Below, in pieces: positions 1-12,525 of a stretch of 64,000 nucleotides of DNA (its first letter is position 1; every line of letters begins with the position of its first letter). Source of the stretch: Octopus sinensis (Eukaryota); assembly GCF_006345805.1 (NCBI RefSeq), contig NC_043003.1, positions 87,358,001 through 87,422,000 on the forward strand. The letters run 5' to 3'. Below the pieces are notes generated by a model, which saw nothing but the letters and a program-made list of their open reading frames with translations, did not search any database and was not told where the DNA came from. The translations under genes and the position numbers were made by a program.

Positions 1-1442
1 TAAAGACAAGTATGCTCGCACATATAAACAGAGAGAGAGAGTGTCAGGGGAGAGAAAAGGAGGGACATTAAAATATGAGATGTCCAAGAAGTCAACTTTG
101 AATCAGTAATAATTGGCAGCACCAACATCTCAAATCCATTATCAGAGCAGTTAAGGAAACACCAGATTGCAATCTTTGTTGCTTTATAGGCTGTCTTACC
201 TGAACTACAATGAACTAACTACATGGCCAAAGGACAAACTAAATTCAGCTGCCTGTTTGCTTACAGTCACTAAACCAAAGTTATCAAAGAACATATCAAA
301 AATAGATTGATGTTTTTTCCAGCTGTATAAAACATAGCATTAGATCAGTGGCTATTCTGATGTTTATGTATGAGTCTATCCTTCCTCTGCATTGGCACAT
401 TGTTGTTCATAGACTTCCAGATAAGCAGTTTGACTGCAAATAAACTGTCCACACAGTCCCTAATGTAAAAATAGGCACACAAGATGGTGATATGGAGACT
501 AAAGGTGGTGCTCCAGCATGGCCGCAGTTAAATGACTGAAACAAATAAAAGAATAATAGTTGCTACTGGAAGATGTGGCTTATACTTTATACCTACAGGT
601 TCTATCTAACACCTCTATAACCAAGCTGTTAACATTTCAGTTTTGGTGAACGGAAAGTTTTGGTGAAGTAACAGTTTATCTCAAAATTCTTCTGGGGAAT
701 TTGCCATATTTCCATGCAATGAAAAGCCATAACTAGTTGAAGAATGGTGACACTCACGTACACTGGGCAAAAATACTGTCAAACTGTGGCTTCAGCAGGA
801 ACAAGTTCAAGCTCGTTTTAGGCAAGAGCCTAGAAAATGCTCAAATTAAAAAAAATTGTATAGTTTATCAATTGCTTATCAGTAAAGCACAGCTATTGAA
901 AGAATATGATTGATAGTTTTAAAGATCATGCATGATCTAAGGACTTTACTTGCATAAATGAAACTGTTTTCACAGAATACTGGAAATGAATGATACTGTT
1001 TGTATGATAGTGACACTCATCTACGACTGTCATGTAATGTCAAGACAAGGAGACATGCATGCACACACTGAGCTTCTTTCGGGTTTGTGTGTACCAATCC
1101 ACTCACAAGGTTTGGGTCAGTCCAGGGGCTTCAGCAGGTGACACTTGCCTAAGTGAGACTGAACCTGGAACAATGTGGCTGGGAAACCAACTTGTTAACT
1201 ACACAGCTACACCTGTACCTTGTTAGGATTTGAAATAACAAGCTTTCTAATGTTGCTCAGATTCTTTCTAATAGGTTAGCAATGTGATATGAATTTCTAG
1301 CCATTATTGGTTTGACAGCAAATTATTTGTAGTGAATATAAAACATTAATACTTAGAGTTTGTCATGTATAAGTAGCACTTCAACATATAACCAAATGAA
1401 AATTTCTGAGGGGATTTGCTTGTGAGATATTTAGGTCTTTAA

Positions 1443-1663
1443 CCCTTTCGTTACCAACCCGGCCAAAACCGGCTCTGGCTCTGTAGTACAAATGCCTTGT
1501 TTTCATAAGTTTTGCATTGAAATCTTCCACCAAACCTTAGTCGCAATTTATATACCTAACACTAGTTGAATGATAACTGAGTTATTTTACTAAATTCTTT
1601 GTTATATTTAAAATAATTGAAAGAAACACAGAGCATCTCAAAATAAATACAGTAACGAAAGGG
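1443..1663. mobile_element. piggyBac-like MITE, family A
   Basis: TTAA|CCCTTTCGTTAC...GTAACGAAAGGG|TTAA; second copy at 63327-63545. Confidence 0.85.
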
Positions 1664-2756
1664 TTAATCTCAAACTCTGAGGTCAACTTTGCCTTTCGTA
1701 TTTTCGGGGTCGATAAAATAAGTATCAGTTGAACACTGGAGTCGATGTAACCATAAATGATTCTTCAAATTTGATGGAAATCCAAACTAAAATATTTGAA
1801 AACAGCACTTCTTCCTTTGTAAACATTTCAGTTGACTTAAAAATATAAAAAGGCTATGATTAATATGACAAAAATGTCTTGGACAATATTTCATTATTGA
1901 TATAACCCTCTCGACATATTTCCTCTTATTAGCTAACAAATATCATTTAAGACCATCCTCGTAAAGACATTCATCTCATTAAACTTTCTTGTTTGTGAAT
2001 TGATGTTGCTATTGTATCTTAGTTAAGACAAAGAGAAATTAATTATAATATCGATTTCTTCAGGCTGTGTAGCTTTAATAATTTATTAGTACCGTGACAG
2101 ATAGAGAGTTCATGTCATTCTTTTTACAAAGCAATAATAATGCAAATCGAATACAGTGTTTTCAGCTTATATCAACACTATTTCATGGACTCTAAGTACT
2201 TCTTAGTTTATGCTGCTTATCAGAGGACTATCAAAATACAGTAGATGCAAACCTGATTATATATGGTATTCCTCCAGCTTAATTAAGAACACCAATAGTA
2301 ATTAGAGTATTGAACAACAATGCATAAATCTCAAATGAATTTGTGCTCAGATGATTGTATTATCCTTTTGTCTTTAATTTTGTAGTCTAAGAGTTAAAAT
2401 ATCGTTTTTATACTTATTTAAAGTGAAAATTAAGTATGAAATTTTGCCTGTAAGAAAAAACTTTTTTTTTTTGTTCGTTTGGCATACATTCATGCAACCT
2501 TGGTGTTTAACAGTTAAATAAGTGTCATATCAATTTGTTCAAAACAAGAAAAAAAACTATCAAATCTATCTTGAATAATAAAAAAAAATTTTGGAATTAA
2601 AATTTTAATCTATAACCAAAATTCCATAAACTGTTGGAATTTAATTTCACCTCACATCAGTTTATAAAATCTCCAGTTTTATTGATTTTAGTCTTAGACA
2701 CCATTTTTCCCCCCTGTTTTTTTAATGCAATATTTTAAGCTAAATATATAGTCAAG

Positions 2757-3060
2757 AGTGAAGGCATATGGGTTAATGGTTAGGGTATTCAGCTCACAAT
2801 TGTAAGGCCGCGAGTTTGATTCCTGACAGCACATTGTGTCCTTGAGCAAGACATTTTATTTCATGTTGCTCCAGTTCACTCAGCTGGCAAAAATGAGTAG
2901 TACCCATATTTCAAAGGGCCAGCCTTATCATACTCTGTGTCCAGCTGAGTCTTCCTGTGAACTACATTAAGGGTGCACTGTCTGGAATGCTCAGTTACTT
3001 GCACATTAATTTCATGAGCAGGCTGTTCTGTTGAAAACTGGTCAAGAAATTGCTTGTCAA
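2757..3060 (+). mobile_element. Degenerate tRNA-head SINE with CORE-like domain
   Basis: A/B-box-like head, then gtgtccttgagcaagac. The tail tttcaaagggccagcctt... is shared with 49277-49616. Confidence 0.65.
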
Positions 3061-4433
3061 ACTGATACAACTCACCTATTTTTATTTTGAATTTTCTTTG
3101 TATGTATGTCCACCTCTGCCTTACTCTTCTTCCTAACACAACCCTATCACTCTTTTGACTACGGTACTTTTCATACCATAGTCAGAAAAACTATTGTAAT
3201 TATATGACTGCAAAACTAAATACATTTCATCACCAACCTTTTTGTGCTCCTTACAGCTACTTTATTTCTCCTATTCTGCTTCATCCTTTACCATCATATT
3301 TTCTTATGCATACCTCTTTTACTTCTAGCCTTACCCTTTACACCCTTTCATTCTGCCATTTGGGATCCCTCTACTCATACTCACCATTCATACTCATCAC
3401 TCACTTCATTCACCTCTATCCCCATCTCTATCCATTTGCCATTCTCTTTTCACACACTTATCCACCCATTCACCCTGTCTAATCTTCTGGGCCACTTCAC
3501 TTATGTTCATCTTCCTGTAACTTCCCTATCTTTTCTCCTTTTTCAACTGTGTATTTCCACTACTGCAAAACACCAGTTTCTGTCCCTCTATCATACTTTA
3601 AGCCCTTTTCACACTTTCAGTTGAGGTGCCTTTTCTTACAAGTCACTTGGTGACCTCACTAGTCCTGTGTACCATATAAAAAGCACCTGGCACCACTCTC
3701 TGAAATGTTTGGCATTAGAAAGAACATCCAATCATAGAAGCAATGCCAAAGCTGACACTGGAGCTTGATGCAGTGTCCTTTGGCATGTCAGCTTCTGTCA
3801 AAACGTCCAATCCATGTTAGCCTGGAAAACAAATGTCAAACAACAACAATAATGATGATGATGAATATTATTTTTAGTGTTATTTGTTACAATTTTTATA
3901 GTCCAACCCGTGCTAGCGCGGAAAACGGACGTTAAACGATGATGATGATGATGATTTTCACTTAATGTAATTTTCTTTACATGCCCTTGAAATATTACTG
4001 TTGCTTTTGATCACTTTTAACTGCTTTGCTTTTAACAGCTGTGCTTATGTAGAATATAAATTTCTTCTTTACTACTGATATATTTGTAAATTTAATTCAC
4101 CGTTTTTTGTTTTTTTTTAAGTCTGTTCCAGACAATATTACAGTTACCACACCTATTTAGAAATGATGATATATTAAAATTATGCAACCTTTATTTCTTT
4201 TTCCAAATAACATTATCAATGCAATTGAAATCATATCAAGGACCCATAATTTGTAAAAAAAACTTCTTAGTCTATGGAGAAACCCACTGAGTATATTAAA
4301 AGAAAGATATTACAGATAAGCATAACAATGATCTCTAACTTTGGCACAAGGTCTTTATTTCAGTAGGAAGAATTTAGTTACTTTAAACCCTTCTTTACTC
4401 CTGAATTTACCAGACACATTTGATGATCCAGAG

Positions 4434-4652
4434 AAGTGGTTTTCAACCAGGGTTCCGCGGAACCTTAGGGTTCCGCCAGTACAGTCCAGGGGTTCCGCAA
4501 GAAATTACAAAACTGCTAAAATCGGAAGTAATTTTTAATTCTCCTGTGCAGATATGTGTGCATAAGACTATTAAATTATTGCACAGGGGTTCCTCGAGCC
4601 AGTGGAATGTTTCCTTGGGGTTCCGCTCCAGCAAAAAGTTTGAAAAGCACTG
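4434..4652. mobile_element. hAT-like MITE
   Basis: TIRs (c/a)AGTGGTTTTCAACC and GTTTGAAAAGCACTG; 8-bp TSD ATCCAGAG / ACCCAGAG. Confidence 0.8.
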
Positions 4653-4765
4653 ACCCAGAGGAATAAAAGACAATCTATTCTTGTAGGTTTTAAACCTTAG
4701 ACCTGATTAAATAAATACAAGGTACTCAACAGTTTCAGAGAATCTACCACTGTTAATTATATTAA

Positions 4766-4986
4766 CCCTTTAGCATTTAAACCAGTTACATCTGGTCAAA
4801 ATATTCTACCTATTCTATGCTTAAACTGGTCAGGTGTGACCTTGCACATATCAACCCTACAATATCATTCTAAAAATCAAGTTAACTCCTTAAGATTACA
4901 AAGGTACAAGATAATGCATGATTAATTCAAAACAATGTTAATAAATAAGCATATCTTTTGACAGAGTAATGTGGAATGCTAAAGGG
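4766..4986. mobile_element. piggyBac-like MITE, family B (about 220 bp, at least 8 copies)
   Basis: TTAA|CCCTTTAGCATT...AATGCTAAAGGG|TTA. Related copies near 8513-8722, 11153-11343, 18353-18572, 25360-25582, 31909-32115 (inverted), 54528-54737 and 60642-60862. Confidence 0.85.
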
Positions 4987-5469
4987 TTATTAATGAAAAC
5001 AACCAACCAGCTTGTGGGTTAGCAGTATTCAGATAGTGCTAAGATTTGATTTTGCTAATCATCCCTTAAGTATTTAAATGATGAAAATACAGTAATTCTT
5101 CCATCTTTGAAGGAAATGCTTTATGGGTGGTTTATGTATAAATTTAATTTTAAAAAATAGCATCATTTTGATGTTATTTGATTTGTTGCTTTCAAGCAAT
5201 GTAGTATCCAAGACACTATTTCAATAACTGGATACCTCTTAAATTTGTTTACATCCAGTTGAATTTTAACAGATACTCGACTCTTTGGCAGTGAAACTTA
5301 CTAATGTTTCTATTCTGAATCAAAACCACTTTTCAAGACACAAAAAGAAATTTTTTAAAAAAGGTTCAGTTTAAATATTCTGTAAAAGAAAAATAATCCC
5401 TTAATCTTTGTAGGCATGAAAATGTGCATGTTCATATGTCTCATTACATAAGAGTTATAAAATATATTT

Positions 5470-5815
5470 AAAACAATTGCAGCGTGGAAGGTGTTTATAA
5501 GCCATTTAAGAAACACACAAAAACCGTTAGATTCACTTCAACATTCAAATTTAATTTGTCAAAATATTTTTGACGCTTTGAGACTGCAACCTGTTCACTG
5601 ACAAAACTTCCTGCAGCACGAGGTTTTGTCAGTGAACAGGTCACGGTCTCAAAACATCAAAAATATTTTGACAAATTAAATTTGAATGTTGAAGTGAATC
5701 TAACGGTTTTTGTGTGTTTCTTAAATGGCTTATAAACACCTTCCATGCTGCAATTGTTTTTGTTCCAGCATACGATCTCAGATCAAGTCACTCGCTATGC
5801 AAGTACATCTCCCCA
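5470..5815. mobile_element. 291-bp palindrome plus 55-bp tail; Penelope-like inverted terminus with hammerhead-like fold (G3-C8 core)
   Basis: Arms 5470-5610 and 5620-5760 are near-perfect inverted repeats with a 9-nt loop. A diverged copy with the same tail lies at 29686-30030. Confidence 0.7.
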
Positions 5816-6244
5816 ATATATTTAAAATGTATTTTACATAGTGCAGACATCTGATATAGAACCCAAAACTTTAGGTAGGTTAGAAGGATAGACATGTTGA
5901 CTATATCAACTCGGTGTTTCACCCGAGGCTGGACTATTCTCACCTGTGAAATTTACAATTTGTAGAAAGGGTATGTTACCTTATCTACTTCAACCATCCA
6001 TATAATAATCTTTTCTACTATAGGAACAGGGCCTAAAATTTTAGAGGAGAGGACTAGTTGATTACATTATTCCCAGTGCTCAACTGATACTTAATTTATC
6101 GGCCACAAATGGATGAAAGGCAAAGTGGAACTTGAACTCAGAACGTAAAGACAAATGAAATGGTACTAAGCATTCTGTCTGGCATGCCAACGATTCTGCC
6201 AACTCACCACCTTAACACACACAATGGTGTGTGTATGTGTGCAG

Positions 6245-6645
6245 CTTCCTGCACCAGTTCCGCATAGCCCCAGCCCATTCAAAGTACCTTGGATTTCAGA
6301 ACAACCTGCTGTGCTTGAGGAGACCTATTGAGTCAAGTACATGAACATCAAAATAAATATCAAATGGAAATAGTAGTTGTGATACCTGTGCTGGTGGCAC
6401 GTAAAAAGCACCATCCGAACGTGGCCGATGCCAGCGCCGCCTTAACTGGCACCTGTGCCAGTGGTACGTAAAAAGCACCCACTACACTCACGGAGTGGTT
6501 AGCGTTAGGAAGGGCATCCAGCTATAGAAACACTGCCAGATCAGACTGGAGCCTGGTGCAGCCTCCTGGCTTCCCAGACCCCGGTCGAACCGTCCAACCC
6601 GTGCTAGCACGGAAAACGGACGTTGAACGATGATGATGATGATAT
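6245..6645 (+). mobile_element. RTE-LINE 3'UTR-derived repeat (GGCACGTAAAAAGCACC array, (GAT)n tail)
   Basis: About 20 copies in the window, e.g. 11535-11935(+), 17805-18095(-), 23160-23465(+), 31330-31672(+), 42110-42484(+), 53240-53527(+), 54040-54513(+). All end ggacgttaaacgatgatgatg. Confidence 0.85.
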
Positions 6646-7029
6646 ATGTATGTATGTGTGTATATCTGATCTTCATGTATAGACATGAACTTTGTAGTAT
6701 AAAAAATATTGGGGGGTTATGCCAGCAGCCCAACCCATACCAGCATAGACAATGGACATTAAATGAGGATGTTGATGACGATGATACATTGGCCCAGCCA
6801 TTTTTTTATGGGTTAATACAAAAGTATTTGTTCCTCTCCAGAGGCAAGCACCCACTACACTCTCGGAGTGGTTGGCATTAGGAAGGGCATCCAGCTGTAG
6901 AAACTTTGCCAGGTCAGATTGGAGTCTGGTTTGCCAGACCTCAATCAAATCGTCCAACCCATGCTAGCATGGAAAGCTGACGTTAAATGATGATGATGAT
7001 GATATTTATTGACTATCCTTCCGAACCCT

Positions 7030-7150
7030 ACTGCATTTCACATGGAATAGTCGGTCCTCCAAAATCGTCTTGGTGTATAAGTCGACCTATTGATTTTTAC
7101 CTGTAAACTTTGACCTAAAGAATTTCACTTGTATGCAGGAAAATGCAGTA
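7030..7150. mobile_element. Short Tigger/pogo-like MITE
   Basis: TACTGCATTTC...GAAAATGCAGTA termini; related copy near 10952-11088. Confidence 0.6.
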
Positions 7151-7726
7151 CTAAATGATGTAAGTGCTAAAGCTATGGAAGACAATAGTGGCCGAAATGA
7201 TAATGCTGTGTTAATTATCTTTATAATATTTAGTTTTCTTATTCCATATTCTAAGTTTTAATCTCATAGAAATCAATTAAATAAGCACCAACATAGTACA
7301 AGTTATTCCAACCACATTATCCATCTTTGTACTCCATTGAAAATGTTTGGAGTTACTAAATAAGTAGAAATGTGGAAAATATGTCAAAGTAGTGAGTTTT
7401 GTTTCTTAATGTTTTAAAATATAAACTGGCAAAGTCAAAACTGGTGTGACTTTAGTTTAGTTTATAAGAACCTCTAAGATATAATACTATTTTACTGTAT
7501 CCTTCTTCTTTAGATATAATAATCCTTGTGCTAATGAGAGAAATTATTAACACCATTACTTATATTTTTTATTTTTTAAAAATATCAAATCAGAAGTTAA
7601 TAAATAACACGTGTAAGCACAATTTGCTTTCTCTTGAGAAATTGGACATCTTATATTTCACAGAAGTTTTGAACTCGACTCTAACTACTTAGTTCAAGGG
7701 AGATAACTACTAACTTTCTCTTCTAG

Positions 7727-7771
7727 GTTGACTGCCCCCGGAACCTAGCAAAGAGTGTTACAGTGGAGTAA
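7727..7771 (+). CDS. GFPT1: Last coding exon of glutamine:fructose-6-phosphate amidotransferase (GFAT/GFPT); upstream exons not found in the window
   Basis: Pyrimidine tract plus ttctag acceptor, then GTT GAC TGC CCC CGG AAC CTA GCA AAG AGT GTT ACA GTG GAG TAA = VDCPRNLAKSVTVE*. This matches the conserved GFAT C-terminus (D-x-PRNLAKSVTVE). Paralog 1 vs 2 cannot be resolved. Too short for the ORF track. Confidence 0.88.
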   Translation, partial: VDCPRNLAKSVTVE

Positions 7772-9284
7772 ATGATGCCTCAGAGACCAATGTAAGCAGT
7801 GTAAAATCTCTCAGAATAAAACTAATATATTTTAGTAATTTATTAGTCTTACATATTTATAGTATTTCTTTTAGTTCATGTTTAGTGCATCTTGGTTGCA
7901 GTTTTAAATCTTGCTTTTGCTTGTTTTCTCTTTTTTTTTTTTTAACTTCAATATAAGCATTTCAAAAAGTAACTTATATTTAATAAACATCATTTATACT
8001 TATCTCATGTAAAAAAAAAAAATTTTTTTAATTCTGAAAATTTCTCAGCAATTTATCTTTGTTCAAGACCCATTCTTTATGCCTTCCTTTTAAGAAGCCT
8101 TTGTTCTAAAACTTAAATTTCAAAGTCATAGAAAGTTTAGTTTGGGTTTTTTTCTTTATTTTCAGCTTTGTTCCTCTACTTATCTTTTACCTTGTTGTAT
8201 GTAAATCTTTAATATCCCTCTATTTGTTTCACATCATCAAAGATGTGTGAAATAACGGTTAGCTACAGGAAGGGTATCAAGCTGTAGAAAAATGCCTCAA
8301 GGATATAAACGTCTAACTCCTGCTAGCATGGAAAAACAGACATAAAACAAATGATTGATTTTTTCAGTCATTTATGCCATTTCCATACTGCCTTGTTATT
8401 CCCCACTCAGATTTCTCTGCATTTCTGTAATATCTCAGTGTTTTCCAGGATATATATATCTTCTTAACTTGTTCCCTGTATCTTTTTAGAAATATTGATT
8501 TGTTGATGATTACCACTTTAGCATTTAAACTGGCCATTTCTGACCCAAATAATCTGTTTTAGTTGAAACTAGCCAGATCTAGCACCTCACTCCTACCCTT
8601 CATTCTACAAATAAGCAATTATATCATCAAAATTTTGAAGCTATGAGATAATGTATGATAAACTCAATACAATATGAATAAATAAGCATTACATTTGACA
8701 GGCAAATCTGATTGCTAATGGGTTAAACCTGTCCTTTCGAAGTAGTTTGAATTTGATGTTCACATTTTATGCCTCTCCTGTTGGAGATTTTTCATAGAAT
8801 AAGTATCACTTATAAGCTAGTACTTACTGTAGACTTAGTGAACTTATCACGTATCTTCTAACAAGCATTCACTATAGGGTAAAGCACTTATGCAAACATG
8901 TTTAAGTGCATATGTAAATATATGTGCATAACTATCCAGATATATTCCTTTTCCCTTCTAGATAATAGTTGTTTGTTTAATCCTGGATCAGGCCTGATTG
9001 AACTGATCTAAGTTCAAAAACAAATGCAACCTTAACCTTTTGCTAAACATCTTACCTCAGATGCTCCCGCCATAGATTGAAAATTATTTTCATTTATAGA
9101 AACTTGTTATCTCAACTACTGTTGTTAGTAATTTATTAAGCAAGAAATAGTTCATCTTATTTCAGTACAGGAAAAAAAATACAGAATTAGTTTTTCTCCT
9201 TTTTCTCTTCTCTTATGTACCACTGAAAAAAAAGATTGTTTACATCTAATTTGATTGACTTCATGCTCTTACTTGATGGAGCTA

Positions 9285-9480
9285 GGGTCATTCAAAGTTA
9301 GTGGTCCCAGAGACATCATCATGCATAGAGCTGACCAGATCCACCAGCTCTCTCCATTGCCAGCCCCTCTGCATCTTCCAAGGTGACATCGATCCTCTGG
9401 AGATCTTCCCCAATCATGTTCAGCCATCTGGTGCAGGGCTTGTCACAGGGCCTCTTCCACCCTGCTGCTGCTGCTGCATC
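9285..9480 (-). mobile_element. RTE-clade LINE 3' end fragment
   Basis: Minus strand translates GWKRPCDKPCTRWLNMIGEDLQRIDVTLEDAEGLAMER, like the RTE C-terminus (KRPRGRP..RW.D...DL). Confidence 0.7.
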
Positions 9481-9917
9481 AAATGACGTATACAAATCTT
9501 GTAACTACCATACATATCTGGATCAACAAATTGATGAACTAGTTGCTATAGTAATTGAACTGTGATCTGAGAAAAGTAATACTGAATTTGATTCTGATTG
9601 CATTCTAATTACACATTTGCTCAGTTCTTACTTTTGCTTTCTAATCTTAAATCTCTGGCTTAAACCTATTCCTCTTCTGTAACAATATCCATAAGTTGCA
9701 ATTTAACTTGAGATCTATTAGTTTTAGCCCTGCCTTTGACAGCACTTTTGCTGTTCATTTTTTCTTTCAAGCGTATATTATACTCTCTGCTGCTGTATTG
9801 CATTCTTCTACATGACATTCTCTCCTATGACACCTAAACCGTCTTTTAAAATTCGTTTTGAATTGAAGAGAGAAATTCTCCCTCTCTCTTGAATAGTTTT
9901 TTTAAGAATTGTTTCTA

Positions 9918-10079
9918 GGAGTGGCTGTGTAGGTGTGGTAAGTAGCTTGCGTACGAACAACATGGTTCCGGGTTCAGTCCCACTGTGTGGCACCTTGGGC
10001 AAGTGTCTTCTACTATAGCCTTGGGCCGACCAAAGCCTTGTGAGTGGATTTGGTAGACGGAAACTGAAAGAAGCCCGTC

Positions 10080-10120
<41 letters not shown>

Positions 10121-10291
10121 TGTGAGTCTGTGTTTGTCCCCCTAACATCGCTTGACAACCAATGCCGGCAAAAGAGACTGATAGAATAAGTACTAGGCTT
10201 ACAAACAATAAGTCCTGGGGTTGATTTGCTCAACTAAAGGTGGTGCTCCAGCATGGCCACGGTTAAATGACTGAAACAAGTAAAGAGAGTA
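9918..10291 (+). mobile_element. tRNA-derived SINE with internal (TA)n microsatellite (family 1)
   Basis: Head ggagtggctgtgtggtaag...ggttcagtccc, CORE-like ccttgggcaagtgtc, internal microsatellite, tail ccagcatggcc...gactgaaacaagtaaaagag. Other near-full copies: 14730-15115(+), 19155-19531(-), 20775-21170(-), 24665-25115(-), 28862-29245(-), 39343-39748(+), 56380-56766(+), 60138-60566(-). Confidence 0.9.
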
Positions 10292-12525
10292 AATCCCTGA
10301 AGACTAGATGTATTTTAAAAATAAAAACACATGAATAGGATTGTCTCTTTACCAAAACCATTATATCATTTAAATTGTGGTTCTATTACTGAGTCATCTG
10401 AATAGAGAGGTTTTTCTTTTATCTATTAATTCAGAGGTGCACTCTATTCGATTCTTTTGTTTCACAAAAATCTTAGTAAAAACCACAAAGACCTACTGAA
10501 ACTACATTTTATATTTTCCAATAAATCGTCTATTTTATTTGGATAGCTTGTTTCATCGCTATCGTTTATTTGCGTATATTCGTCCACCTATTCACGTTCT
10601 GAGTTCAAATCCTGCTATGGTCGACTTTCCTTTTTATCCTTCTGAGAGTAAAATATACAATCAAATGTTCCCCTCTCTCCAAATTCCTGCTCTTATACCA
10701 ATAACTATTATTCCATCACAGCAAATACAGCATTATTATTTACTTTTATTATTGACTGTCAACTTCATTTTGGTGTTTAGTTCTTTGCATGCTTTCATTT
10801 CATTGACATCAACTTTCATCTCTTTAGAATCACTAAAGTAAGAACTAGTATTATATTTAAGGGTTAATTACATCAATTACCCCATTTTCCAGCACACAAG
10901 ACACTGTAGTACATAGTATAAATATGTAGTGTAACCATTCAAATCTCAACACTATCTTTCCAAATCCTGATGCATTTCAAATGGAATTTTTGGGCCTCCA
11001 AAGTCATCTTGGTGCTTAAGTCAACCTATGCTTTTTGGATGTAAATTTTGGTCTAAAAAATTTGACTATTCTGCTAGAAAATATAGTGTCCATCAATAAA
11101 AGTTGGCCTTGTGCCTCTTCACTATGTTTTACATGTTGGAGATACTCCTTAACCCTTTAGTGTTTAAATATCCTGACCCAAATATTCTACCCGTTTTATG
11201 TTCAAACTGGCAAGATCTAGCTTCTAAAACATAAACAATCACATCATTTAAGATGTTGAAGTTGTGAGATAATCCATGATTAATTCCAAATGATGTGAAT
11301 AGATAAACATTAGATTTGACAGGGTAATCTAAGTGCTAAAAGGTTAAGATTTGTGGCAAAAATGTGAATGACATACTTAAACGTGCACAGGTATAAGTTA
11401 AAAGCATGTTTGTTTTGTATATGCATGTACTTTAATCTGGCCATCACACATAGGCAAAAATAGCTTGCTAACATGTACCATGCTTTCACTAACTGTTTTT
11501 GATGCCTATTCAAACCAAAATCAAATTTCAATGACTGGCATCCGTGCTAGTGGGGTGCAAAGAGCACCGTACGAGGGTGATCGTTGACAGAGCGGCTAAC
11601 TGGCTCCGTGCTGGTGGCACGTAAAAGGGCACCATTCGAGCGTGATCGTTACCAACGTCGCCTTACTGGCACCTGTGCTGGTGGCATGTGTAAAAAGATT
11701 CAAGCGAGGTCATTGCCAGTACCGCCTGACTGGCCCCATGTCGGTGGCACGTAAAAAGCATCCACTACACTCTCGGAATAGTTGGCGTTAGGAAGGGCAT
11801 CCATCTGTAGAAACTCTGCCAGATCAAGATTGGAGCCTGGTGCAGCCATCTGGTTCACCAGCCCTCAGTCAAAATCGTCCAACCCATGCTAGCATGGAAG
11901 GCAGACGTTAAACGATGATGATGATGATGATGATTCAGGCATGAGCAGATATAGATACCCTCTTGACACATCCATCCTTTGACCCAGCAGTACATTCAGA
12001 ATCTGACAGCTGGAGTTGGTGAGAGCTTTAACAAACCTAACACTTGGGAAATGTGTGCGTGATTATGTTATTGTTTCTATTGCTTTCTAACACACATGGA
12101 TATATTATTGCTTCTACTTATGTATATGTCTATGTGTGTGCACATTATGTAGGAGTTTCTGTGTATGTGGACTTTTCGCCATTAACGCCTTATCTTTTCG
12201 ATAATCCCTTTGTGTATAGAGGTTGTTGGTAGTTTCCCCGAGTCTGAGAAAGATGTTTGTGCAATTTCTTGCTAAACAACATCCGCACATGATTTGCTTA
12301 TCATCACATGTTTTATGCTCAATCTCGCCATCAAATCGACATTACTTATACAGGCGCACTGTGTGTCAAACATCAGATGTCAGAGTGATCGCAAAGCAAC
12401 ATGAACTGAAGTGTTTTGCTCAAGAATACAACGCACCACGCAGTTCAGTAATCAAAATCACTATTTCACAATCATGATCTCAACACTTGGCACACCTTAG
12501 TGTGACTACATGTGTGTGTGTATTA

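Noticed and set aside
3204-3624. Overlapping His/Leu/Phe-rich ORFs
   Set aside because: Strand-biased CT-rich DNA, probably an old LINE on the minus strand; no family motifs and no splice support.
7100-7165. GAT|GTAAGT as donor of the penultimate GFAT exon
   Set aside because: Upstream sequence is a MITE end and does not encode the expected ..LQ.IL.VIP.QLL.FH.AV.RG.D peptide.
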